Shown here: in pieces, positions 1-10,336 of the stretch
How positions within the stretch are numbered: position 1 is the stretch's first letter
Layout of the letters: each line of letters begins with the position of its first letter
Origin: Selaginella moellendorffii
Taxonomy: Eukaryota > Plantae > Lycopodiophyta
NCBI RefSeq assembly: GCF_000143415.4
Contig: NW_003314393.1
Location: 95,571 to 112,979 of the forward strand
Reading direction: 5' to 3'
DNA: 17,409 nucleotides
Notes under the pieces: model-generated
Told to the model about the DNA's origin: nothing
The model's input: only the letters and a program-made list of their open reading frames with translations
Databases searched by the model: none
Made by a program: the position numbers and the translations under genes

Positions 1-2209
1 ACATCTAGTGAGGTCGGAGAGTGTAGCTTCATAGAGGGACACTTTTCCCTTCCCTGCTTCGGAAGCTCTCCAACTCCAATGTTTGCTCTCAGAGAGATTA
101 ATTGTTGGTGTAAGTGCAATATCATCAAGTGGTTGATCCTACAAAAAATGCAACATTTGAATGTGACAAGAAAGAAAATGAGAGAAAGCTTACATGGAGA
201 GTATAATGACCCCACTGAAACATTCGAACTTCCCACCATGCAAGCCAGCATTCCATTTGTGGAAGGTTTTCAATTGGCACTTTGTCTCCTTCACGCCACC
301 ATATGCGCATTTCATTTGCCTTTGCCTCGTGCTCCTCTTTAGTTGGTGCATCCATCCATTTCCGACAAAGCTGCTTGAACTCGTGATGGAAGGTAGACTT
401 GATGCATCGGCAATGTTCATTGACGCTCTTTGCCCAATGAAACTCACAACTCTTCTCTCTACCTTGTAATGGCTGACTTTTATCACCTCCGAATACTTGT
501 CGTACAGCCAACCAGTTAGCACCAGCTGCATCTGCCATGAAACCACGGAAGTTGGGTTTCTTCCCGGTTCGCTGTTCAACAACCTCGGACATACATGTCC
601 AAAAGATGGTTTGTGCTTGAAAATCTTGAACTTTGAATTCGGCTATAGCTATAGTCAAATTGCACTGCAACCTATAAAAGGAATGGTTATAATGTAAATT
701 GGTATAGATCCTTAAAAAATGAAAAGCCACTTACTTGTGATCATAAACATGAGCTCCCATTGTTGACCAGCCTGAAACTCGTTCCATATGGTCAAAATGG
801 ATCCAGGAATTAGCTAAATCCCCATCTCCATCCATATCCATTCGTTGTACAAGGTCCACACCAGAAGCAGGACCAAGGGTAGACATCTTAAAGATGAAAG
901 GGCGTTGATTGTTCGAAGTCACTTGGCCAACGAATAAGCTCCCATGAATAAACTCATAGGGACATTTTCTCTTTAGCTCCAAAATCCCATCCAATCCAGA
1001 TTGAAGCTTTCCATCTCGCCCTTCTCGCATCCAGTTCTTTATTCTACAAAAAAAAAGAGTGTTATTAGTGATAAAGTAGAGTTAAGTGTTAATTTTATAC
1101 CTGTTTAAATTTGTCATAGGTTCTATATTTCGAAGTAGGTCCTTCAAGCTATTCTCCGTGAACTCTTTTTGGCTATCAGATTGTAACAACATGTCCACCA
1201 CATAGTCCTTTAGTATAGACTGTTGAACACACTTTGGAGTTGCTGCACTTTTCTTCCTAGCCTCTGTAGTAACAGCAGTCTTCAAATTGCGAAAAGAATC
1301 ACGGCGGATTCCTTCCTCAATTGCGTGTTGGTGGTATCCAATATGCACTGCTGCTCTGCCTAAACATCCATCCCGTGGAAGAAAATAATACATTTTCGCA
1401 TCGCAACATGCTTGACACACAGGTGTTGCCCCGCATTTGCGACATCTAAATCCTGTAGCAACTTCATCACGCCTAGGGGGATTGATTGCTGAGCCTTCAA
1501 AGAAACACATATTCTTGCCATGATCAGAAATGCATTTCTCAGCGACACACTGAAGCTGTCCACCGCAATGGACTATGGACACAGATCCATCGAAATGAGA
1601 GAAGTGGGTCGTCTTTACTCTGCACCAATTATGTGGATCAAGACGTGTTTCCATACCCCTTTTCCTGCTTGACGAACTTGCTGGTGGAAACTCGAAGAAT
1701 ATATTCCCATTATAGGAAGAAGGAAGCTCCTCACCTCTCATGTACTGGAACTCCTTCAATTCCAACCGTAATGATCGAGATTGCCGAAATGCCTTATCCA
1801 CCACTTCAAAAACTGGTCCAGAAGGAACACACCTACTTGTCTGGGAAGCTATGTCAGGAAGCTCATCTTCTTCATTTTCGTCACTGGAGAGAATAATAAC
1901 TTCATCCTTCACTCTTTGCACAGTTGGCTGTGAAACTGATGCGCTCTCCTCTCCTCGCTTCGGAGATCCTGTAACTAGAATCTCTTGACCTGTACATCTA
2001 TCAAGATCCCATTGAATCCCATTCTCTCCCACACCACTGTCGAGAAGAATGGATTTTTCTATCTGATTACCCTTATCACGACATACATTCTCCAAACTAA
2101 CTGATCCTGGCTTCAGCTTGAATCTTCTGCAGAGGAAGGTCTCTCCTATAACACTCCTAGAGAAAACAATTGGAGGCTCTTGATCGAACTTCAAATAGAA
2201 TTCTCTCAT
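1..2209 (-). CDS. Mutator/MULE-type DDE transposase with N-terminal GCM-like zinc domain; spliced, 3' end outside the window
   Basis: Hand-spliced exons 2209-1101, 1043-735, 671-194 and 138-1 (GT-AG introns of 57, 63 and 55 bp) give one open frame of 678 codons. Motifs in MULE order: IHFDH (D1), FMADAAGANWLAVRQVFG (D2), CEFHW (CxxH), TINLSESKH (E). Cys/His cluster W..CGGQLQC..C..CRKC..C..GYHQH at ~1640-1325. First ATG is at 2209; the ORF is open to 2230, so an upstream exon is possible. Confidence 0.85.
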
Positions 2210-2699
2210 ATCTTCTCCTTGCTCGAGCACTTAGAAAAAAATTTGGGGAGAAACTGACAAGAAAGAACAAAGATATTCTTCTGTATTGTGAGCATTAATT
2301 AGCTATGTCCTTGCAAAGGACAAGTTAATTATTTTAACAAAATATACAACCGTTTAGAATCTAGAGAGATATGAGAATCTTAAAGAGCCGCCCATATTAA
2401 TTGTATAATTGATTGTGAGAGGAATAATAATGTTGAAATGAATGTGGTTATGAGTGAGAAGCGCCAATCAATCACAAAAGTTGTAGCATTGATTTTTTGT
2501 TCTCCCTCTCATCTCCATGCTCTCTTCCCTTCAAGAGAGTTTCATTCTTTTGTGACAAGTGAGAGAGACTCAAGCTCGAAAAGGTTGGTTCGTGCGCGGT
2601 TTTTTCGCGCGCTTGAGCAGGGAAGGGCGAGAGAAAGGCGCTTCAATCAAGAAATGTGCTTCAAGACGCTCCTCAAACAAGGTATGCTTCCTTGAGAAG

Positions 2700-3221
2700 G
2701 TCGGTTCGCGTGCGAACCGACGTCTCCTCACTTTCTTTCTTCCATTAGAAGTTTCTATTTTCTCAACTTTTGTTTTCTCTTGAGGGATAGAGATGTCGGT
2801 TCTTGTGCGAACCGACATCTCCTAGCATTCTATTTCATTTTCTATTTAGCTTTTTGCCCATCTCTACCTCGTTTTTTTTTTTTTTTCCTTGTTGAAGGGG
2901 TGGGAAAGATCGGTTCGCGCGCGAACCGACGTCTCCCCACCTTTATTTTTTCTAGAAGCGAGCTTTCTTGATTTTTTTCATGTTTCTAGTGGTGAGATTT
3001 CTATATTTTAGAAAACAGAGAGAGATTGAAATGTCGGTTCTTGTGCGAACCGACATCTTCAAGGTTTTTTTTTTTATTTCATTGACTTGATGGGGCATTT
3101 CATGTGAAAATTAGAGGGTGGAAGATGTCGGTTCTTGCGCGAACCGACCTCTCCCGTATTCTTGTTGTGTTTTTCCTTTTTCTTGAGAGGTAGGGTGAGG
3201 TCAGTTCTCGCGCGAACCAAC
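2700..3221. repeat. Array of six 22-bp imperfect palindromes, consensus GTCGGTTC-N6-GAACCGAC
   Basis: Cores at 2700-2721, 2795-2816, 2909-2930, 3033-3054, 3127-3148 and 3200-3221. Arms often extend (GAGAT...ATCTC). Starts are 73-124 bp apart, separated by unrelated T-rich sequence. A half-site GTTGGTTC lies at 2584. Confidence 0.95.
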
Positions 3222-3317
3222 CTCTCCCAGTGACTTATGTTTTTTTCCTTTGCATTTCTTGTAGTTTACAATCTATTTTTCACATCTTTTACTTACAAAC
3301 TTTTCTTGTGAGAGCAG

Positions 3318-3325
3318 ATATAAAT
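3318..3325 (+). promoter_or_regulatory. Candidate TATA box of the plus-strand gene
   Basis: GATATAAA ~50 bp upstream of the ATG at 3371; also present in the second copy at ~16748. Confidence 0.35.
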
Positions 3326-3370
3326 CAAACTTGACTGCTTGAAACTTCCAAAAAGGGACTTGAACTTCAA

Positions 3371-6300
3371 ATGCCACAGGTTTGCTTTACATTACAAGTT
3401 AGATGTTTTAATAGTTTTGCTTTTTATTTTAGAGGAAGCGCCGAGGCCAACCTCAATGGTCTCGATCTCCAGGAAAAGGCAGCCGCCTTGATCGCTGTGG
3501 GCTTGGCCGATTGAGTGGAGATTCATCTCAAGTATCTAATGAAGTTTCGGCTAGTCATGCTGGAGGCAACGATGAGTATAACAATGACGTGGATGTTGAG
3601 ATGAACACTCAAATCGATGTTGGTGTTATTGAGGCTGTTGGTACTGGTGTTCCTGAGGCTGCGGGTACTGGTGGTGGGGTACTTGCATCTGATGTTGGCG
3701 GTGGTGGGGGTGCTATGCCTTCGGTTGCTGAGGCTGCTCGCGGCCAGGTCAATGAACCAGCTGAGGACGTTATTGGTAGCGTTGTAGGTGGATCTACTAC
3801 AGAGGCTACTGGGGGCATGGTAGCTGCTCCTACTGCTCCTCAGGCTGGTGGTGCAGGGGGAGCTAATGGTGGTGAGGGATTATGCATGCATGATTCTGAC
3901 ACCATCTTGAATGATCGTGTTCGGGACACAATTATCCAAGCTCAAGAACGGACAGTCAGTAAAGTGTTACAGGAAATGGCGTGGAATGGCCCTCATCGAT
4001 TTCTAGTTCCTTTGTGCCGATTGGTTCAAAGCCATTGGGTGCGCTCAGCTTACGACCTCAACATGGCTATCTACAGCTCCTTTGCCGAGGTCGGGTTTGG
4101 GAGCACAGCTGGTACCTTCATCGTTTCACCAACTTTCCCTGGAACCGGCCGGACAGAGTCAGTGACTACTGAACTTGAGGAAAAATGGGATCCTATATGG
4201 CTGCGAAAGTCTCGTGAGTTTGATGGATTCTTAGGACAACATGTGGAGACAGCAGGGTTCATTGGAAAGCTCTTTTGGGTGATCGATGGAAACCATAGGT
4301 GGCTGGCATTTTGGAAGTGCATTCAAGAGAAGTTCCGAGATGACGAAGAACGACACATTAGTGTTCCAGTCACACTTGTCGAACCAATGACTCGAGAGCA
4401 CACTGTGAAGCTCAACATGGCATGCCATAAGATCAACATGTAAGAATTTATTTTTTGTAAACTTAGCTAATATCGTGTTTTTGCAGGCTAAACCAATTTG
4501 CGTTTCAAGCTCATACATTGGTACATGACATTGAGCACCTTCGGTTTATGGGCATGCTCTCGCTAGAGGAGGTCCAAACGTTGTACAATCGTGAGGTATT
4601 TGAAGCAATTCGAGTGAAGCTAGGAGCTAGGAAAGGCCAAGAATTGCAGACTTGGTACCAACTGCCACTTGATTTTCTAGTTGCTGTCTGGGCGAAGGTA
4701 AATTATTATTGAAGTATGTATCAACTTACATAATGTTTCTTGCAGCCCATAATCAAAGGAGAAAGAGCGTCATTCTTTAAAAATGCTCGAGGGGACGAGC
4801 AGCAGAAGGAGATGGAGTGGCATGCGATTGAGCAGCGAATTTTGAATACGAAGAGAACAAAGGTGAAAAAGTTGCTCTCGATTGCAGACATACGACGCGG
4901 GCAGGAATGGCTTGATAGCATTGCCGAGATTTGTTCTCGCGTTCGTAAGTTCTTATAAAATTTGTGAAACATTTCATAACTCTTTGTGTGTGTAGGAACT
5001 GGTAAAGCACCGGAGGAACTCATTTACAACATCTCTAAGAGTAAAATGTCCTTTGCTGAACAAAGTGTCTGCTTGGAACTTCTCAACACTTGGCTGCGAA
5101 ATAACGAAAAACGCTGCGAGATAAGGATGGAGAAGGTGATGAAGGAGAAGGCGTACATTTCTCAGAGTATTGCCGCTGGTGAGGAGATGCTACAAGTCTG
5201 GGATGAGAAGTTTCTTTCCAGCACCCGCACAGGTATCACTCTCGAAGAATATATTCGTGCTTGTCTTGCGGAGCTAGGGAATGGTTGGCTTCCACGTGGT
5301 GGGACGAGTTCGGCTGAGTTCAAGAACCAACCAGGACAACCATTTCTTGCGAGGCGCATGGTTTACAGGTATTTTTTCAATTCTCATTTATATATTGGTA
5401 TTTATATTTTTGTTTTACTTTGTAGATATTTAAAATATAGCCCCGGCGCACCGGTATACACAACCGGTGTTTTGCAGAAGCTCCTGACTAGAGGCAAGAA
5501 GCTTGGGATGTATGAGCCAGAGTTCTACTGTCCTTGTACACATGAGAGGGAGCTATGCCTGTGGTACCTTGAACTCGTGGAGCAGATGCCAACATCGGAC
5601 TTCGAGCTAGATCTCTACCTTGAATGTCATCCAGGTTCACTTGAAACTCAGCACTTAGCTAGGAAATATTAACCTTGAGTTATATTCTTATTTTCCAGAG
5701 GCTCTTTCTGACTATGATAACGACATTGTTGAAGTTCAACAACTAAACCTAGAAGTCAGCACTCAGGAAACCATGCCAAATCCAAATACTGTTGAACCAG
5801 AGGAAATTGTACAGGAAATTCCAGCACAAGAGATTCCAGTACCTGCTCCTCGCAACCCCCGAAGGGGCCGTCATGAAACCTTTCATGAGAGTAAGGACTT
5901 TGATTTGGAACATTCTTTTATTCATTCTTGACTTCACTTTTTTTTTTATAGATGTTGCAGAGAGCAGCCATCAGTCTTTTCGGCGGACTAAGACATTCTT
6001 CCCATCCCTCCCTACGGCTACAGATGACGACCTAGAAGAGCTCTCCTCTGCAGCGATGCATAAACAGGTTAGTAAGCATGAATTTTATCTTCAACTTTTA
6101 GTTCTAATAATTGATTTTCAGGTTCGCCCTCTATCCCCAACGGCCAGTGTTGGGGAAGTTGCTATTCTCATTGGGGATTACACACAGCTTTTAGATGCTA
6201 CTAGTCGGGAGCTCTACATGCTTGATCGGTGGATCCATGGTTTGGGTCAGCTCACACCTTATGGGAAGATCGATTTCATCTTTTTTGATCTTCCCGATGG

Positions 6301-7220
6301 GATGGCACCACCACAGGGGGATACTCCGTCATGGAATGTGTTGCAGGCCCAACACATTTCCCAAGCCTTAAAGGTTGCGAGCAGTTTCATGACATACGAG
6401 GGTGTGGTTGTCATGATCCTTCCTCGCTCTCTAATGTGGGAAGGCCTTCTCGCACACTTGGCTGACAACGATGATGGATTTGTTGAGTTTTCATCTGGCT
6501 GCCTTCTTTCGAGTATGGCGGTGGACACAAAAGGCACTAGCAGGCAGACGCGAAAGGTGTGTGACTTCTTTATCTATAAATTAACTCTATTCTATTTTTT
6601 TTTTCCAGATTTATTCCTGGAACTACCATGCTCTATGCCACATTGGGAACCGGCGTAATGCCACACGAGCTGACGAGCGTGCTGCTCTTGCTTTACCAGG
6701 ATATGACAGCTCTACAGACATCATCCCAAATGTGATTGACTCGGACGTTCTTCACCCAGCGTTCCCTGGTTATCGACATCGTTCGGTCACGGCCATGCAA
6801 ATCTTGTTGGAGTTATTTTGTCCGCCAAAGGGGATTGTGCTTGATGCTACAGCAGGATTTGGATCAATGGTGCAGGCAGCAAAAGAGACAGGCCGAGCGG
6901 TTTTTGCACTTGAGAAGGAGGGTGCCTTTGAGGACATTCTTAGGAGATTTTGCGACAGGTGATGTTAGTGCTTGAAATAATCTATAATATTTATTCTCAA
7001 ATGTTTCTATTTTATTAGGTCTACACTTATCACACACAGTGTTTCAGTCCACACGCTTGATCTTGATGATATGGATGATCATATGGACCAAAGTCAATTC
7101 CACTTACCTATTTATGCTGAACGTATGGCACAACATTACATACAACACGAGCCTATAGTGAAGGAGCATTCCACTATACCCATTTCTACTTTTCTGGATA
7201 TGGAAGCAGAAGAAGATTGA
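3371..7220 (+). CDS. 11-exon ~1100-aa protein: basic N-terminus, Gly/Ala-rich linker, ParB/Srx-like domain, helical region, acidic linker, beta-class N4C/N6A DNA methyltransferase-like domain, acidic tail
   Basis: Exons 3371-3379, 3433-4439, 4487-4697, 4746-4944, 4996-5368, 5426-5634, 5699-5890, 5952-6067, 6122-6556, 6609-6958 and 7019-7220 total 3303 nt with no internal stop; all ten introns are GT-AG, 47-64 bp, and phase-compatible. ParB-type FWVIDGNHRWLAF (IDGNHR at 4282-4299). MTase motif IV-like KIDFIFFDLPDG (DLPD at 6287-6298) precedes motif X/I/II-like LLELFCPPKGIVLDATAGFGSMVQAAKETGRAVFALE (~6800-6915). Confidence 0.85.
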
Positions 7221-7287
7221 ATATATTCTGATTTTAATATAAATTATATTGTTTAATATATTATTTTCTTTTTTTGTAGACTAAAAG

Positions 7288-7383
7288 ATTAGTTCATGTC
7301 GAACCAATAATCTACATGAGCTTATGGAATACCTTAAACACCTAGATTTTATGTTAAAAATTCTTGGTTCAGGACGAACTAAG
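7288..7383. repeat. Two N5-spacer variants of the palindrome downstream of the plus-strand gene
   Basis: ATTAGTTC-ATGTC-GAACCAAT (7288-7308) and CTTGGTTC-AGGAC-GAACTAAG (7363-7383). Confidence 0.55.
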
Positions 7384-7416
7384 GTAGTGCCATTAAACTT
7401 TCGCCAGTTAGGGGAT

Positions 7417-7729
7417 TGTATTGACTTCCGTTGACTTTCGTTGACTTTCATTGACTTGAGCTCAGCTCAAAAACTACCCAGCCCCGTGAATGAGCATGGC
7501 CTAGCGTAACAGGCTCATATGTCAGTGGTACTTTGGGGTGTCAGTCATGGGATCAGACACGTGGAGCACTTGGACCAAGTGCAAAGGTTGAGTGGCATGG
7601 ATGCCATTCTCGGGGCTAGCAAGCCCCAAGTCCTGAATGGGACTTATAAAGGTTGTGAATGAGACTCCTTCAAGTGGTCGGAGGTGTGGTTAAGTGACTA
7701 AAGTAGAATGGAAAAATTAGTCGTTTACA
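7417..7729 (+). mobile_element. Possible solo LTR or other TE fragment
   Basis: GC-richer block bounded by TGTATTGAC...GTCGTTTACA with a TATA-like TTATAAA at ~7645. Only a 3-bp GAT flank matches; no 5-bp TSD. Confidence 0.25.
7421..7457 (+). repeat. 10-bp tandem repeat TTGACTTYCR x ~3.7
   Basis: ttgacttccg ttgactttcg ttgactttca ttgactt. Confidence 0.9.
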
Positions 7730-8648
7730 GATATAAAATGCCATTTAAAAATGATGTAGAAAAGAAAAGAAATCAAGCTCCAATACTCAAAACTAATCAA
7801 GGGGAATATGTTTCCATAGAAATCTCTTGACTTTACACACGAAATTGAGTATGGATAGATTCATTGGAAAGCCTAGGCTTAAACCAAGAGAATGACTAAA
7901 ATCATGAGTTAAAATTACCAAAAGCTCAAAAACAAATTAACTCAAACATCAAATTTTTAATAAAAAGAAGAACAAAACAAATGCACTCCTTAGTATAAGA
8001 AATATTCATATTTTCTATGTTGGTCTTGGCATTGGGATACTTGATACTATAAGACTATTCCAATGTCACTTCATGCTCCTTCCCCTTCACTCCTTAGGCT
8101 GTATGATAGAGAGTTATTCCATACTCTAGTTTCTTATGCTCTTTAGTTATATATTTAGGAGTTTGGCTCCATACCTTTATTCAATGGCTTAAGGCCTTAA
8201 ACTTGGGTTCCAACCTTGGCCCACATGTCTAAGGGTTAAGGTTCCACTCCAGGGTTAACTTATGGTAAATCACATAGGGTAAAGGGTGAAAACCATATTT
8301 GTTACACTTATGCTCTAGATTTATAGAAGTAAAGACCTTTATGAATATGAATTTAGCCTAAACTCTTCATTCTTTAAAGAAAGCTAAGCTAGCTCATTAT
8401 GTCAGGTTCACCAACTATTGGGGCATCTCTCAACCCTACCCATGGATCCATCCTTTACGAACATGCTCACAAACTCATAGTTCTGAGCTCAAGTGCAAGA
8501 ACAATATAGGGTGGAACCCTATACTCAATCCTCTTATGTACAAGGATGAGGGAATATTCCAAGAACATATAATATTTTCTATGCTTTATTAAGCCAGAAT
8601 TTAAACCATGATATGAGGAGAATGTGGCAATGAGCTAGTGCCGCAAAA

Positions 8649-9934
8649 ACTCCTATATTTGCTCTCAGAGAGATTAATTGTTAGTGTAATATCAAGTGTT
8701 AATTTTTTTTTCAGTCTTATAATTGCCCTAGACAAATCTCAAGTATGGAATGTACCTTGAATTTTGGTCATAGAATGGCCCCATTGAAGCATTTAAACTT
8801 CCCACCATGTAAGTTAACACTCCATTTGTGGAAAGTGTTTTATTAGCACTTTGTCTCCTTCATGCTATCATAAGCACATCTCATTTGCCTGTCCCTCATA
8901 GTCCTCTTATTTGGTGTGCCCATCCACTCTCGACAAAGCCACTTGAACTCATTATGAAAGTCACATTTAATGCAATAACAATGTTCGTTGACACTCTTTG
9001 CCCAATGAAACTCACAACTCTTCTCTCTACCTTATAATGGCTAATGTTTATCACCTCCAAAAAATTGTCATATACCCAACCAATTACCACCATTAGTATT
9101 TGCCAGATTCTTAACCTTGAATTTAGCTATAGCTATGGCCAAGTTGTATAGCAATCTATAGAAGGAATGGGTATAGTGGAAATTGGTATGAATTCCTAAA
9201 AAATGAAAAGCCACTTCCTTGTGATCATAAACATAGGCTCCTATAATTGACCAGCTTAAAACTCGTTTCATGTGGTCAAAATGGATCTAAGGATTAGCTA
9301 AATCTCCATCTCCATCCATATCCATTTAATATATAAGATTCATACTAAAGGTAGGACCAAGAATCAACATCTTGAAAATGAAAGTGCATTGACTATTTGA
9401 AATCACTTGGCCTACAAATAAGTTTCCATAAATAAATTCATAGAGACATTTTCTCTTCACTTCCAAAATTACATCCAATCTAGATTGAAACTTCCGATTT
9501 CACCATTCTTGCATCCAGTTCTTTATTCAACTAAAGAAAGAGTATTATTAGAGATGAAGTAGAGTTAAATATTAATCTTTTATCTATGTAAATTTATAAT
9601 ATATTTATGGGTTTTATATTTCAAAGCAGGTCCTTCAAGCTCACTTTGAAGTTGTGGCACTTTTCTTTTTAACCTCTACAACAACAATAGCTTTCAAATT
9701 GTGAAAAGAATCATGGCAAATTCCATTCTTTATTGTGTGTTGGTGGTGTCTAATATGCATTGCTGCTCTATCTAAATAGCCATCCCACAACAAAAAGTAG
9801 TGCATCCTTGCATCAAAACATGCTCGACACATAGATATCACCTTGCATTTGCAATATTTAAACCCTATAGCAACCTTGTCATGCCTAGAGGGATTGATCA
9901 TTGAGCCTTCAAAGAAATATATATTCCTAGTCAT
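8649..9934 (-). pseudogene. Decayed copy of the GCM-MULE transposase gene
   Basis: Collinear with ~72-1520 of copy 1 (e.g. GAYVYDHK; FFEGSMINPSRHDKVAIGFKYCKC), with stops, many transitions and ~80-bp deletions near 9107 and 9640. Confidence 0.9.
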
Positions 9935-9939
9935 TTAAT

Positions 9940-10165
9940 GCTTTAAATATTAAGATATTAATATATGCATAATTGATTGTAAGAAAAATAATACTACTGA
10001 GATGAATGGGGTTATGAGCAAAAGGCACTAACCAATCATAACAGTTGTAACACTAATAGCTTGTTCTCCCTCTCATCTCCATGTTGTTTCCCTAAGAGAG
10101 AGTTTTATTCTTTTGTAAGAAGTGAGAGTCAAGCTTAGAGAAGTTAGTTCACACACAAAACCAAT
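9940..10165. repeat. Decayed copy of the intergenic segment ~2375-2600
   Basis: Shared blocks such as taattgattgt, ccaatca and tgttctccctctcatctccatg. Confidence 0.8.
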
Positions 10166-10167
10166 TA

Positions 10168-10336
10168 GATATAGCTTCTTAGACAAAGAGGTGTGTTGCT
10201 TTTGGACTAGTTTTTGAAATGGTGGATAAGGCATTTCAGCAATCTCAATCATTACAGATGGAATTGAAGGAAATTGAGTACATAAGAGATGAGGAACTTC
10301 TGTCTTCTTACAATGGGAATATATATTCTTCAAATT
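10168..10336 (+). pseudogene. Inverted, displaced fragment of transposase exon 1 (copy-1 ~1690-1855)
   Basis: Minus-frame translation IYSHCKKTEVPHLLCTQFPSIPSVMIEIAEMPYPPFQKLVQK matches the plus-frame shadow ORF 1486..1896, so the segment is reverse-complemented. Confidence 0.85.

Larger units (their letters stand above)
1..7390. mobile_element. Putative autonomous Mutator-like element with divergent transposase and ParB-methyltransferase genes (termini not defined)
   Basis: Transposase and accessory gene are head-to-head, and the same arrangement recurs in a second copy in this window. The left end is outside the window; the right end is only estimated from motif variants at 7288-7383. Confidence 0.65.

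Noticed and set aside
79-1988. Plus-strand ORFs (79..342, 194..469, 497..697, 1486..1896, 1740..1988) and alternative-frame minus ORFs
   Set aside because: Shadows of the transposase exons with no recognisable motifs.
2438-2971. Short ORFs in the intergenic region
   Set aside because: Translations of palindromes and poly-T/A tracts; not preserved as ORFs in the second copy.
2700-3221. CRISPR array
   Set aside because: Repeats vary in the centre, spacers are 50-100 bp, irregular and T-rich, there are no cas genes, and the context is intron-containing eukaryotic DNA.
3511-6962. Separate prokaryote-style genes or an operon, as the ORF track suggests
   Set aside because: ORF ends coincide with phase-compatible GT-AG introns, so one spliced gene explains them all.
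7384-7391. GTAGTG as a CACTA terminus or a Helitron 3' end (similar CTAGTGCC at ~8635)
   Set aside because: The transposase is MULE-type, no matching CACTA start or TSD is visible, and the hairpin is not followed by CTRR.
7730-8640. AT-rich stretch between the two copies
   Set aside because: No ORF, repeat or motif I can support; probably old TE debris.
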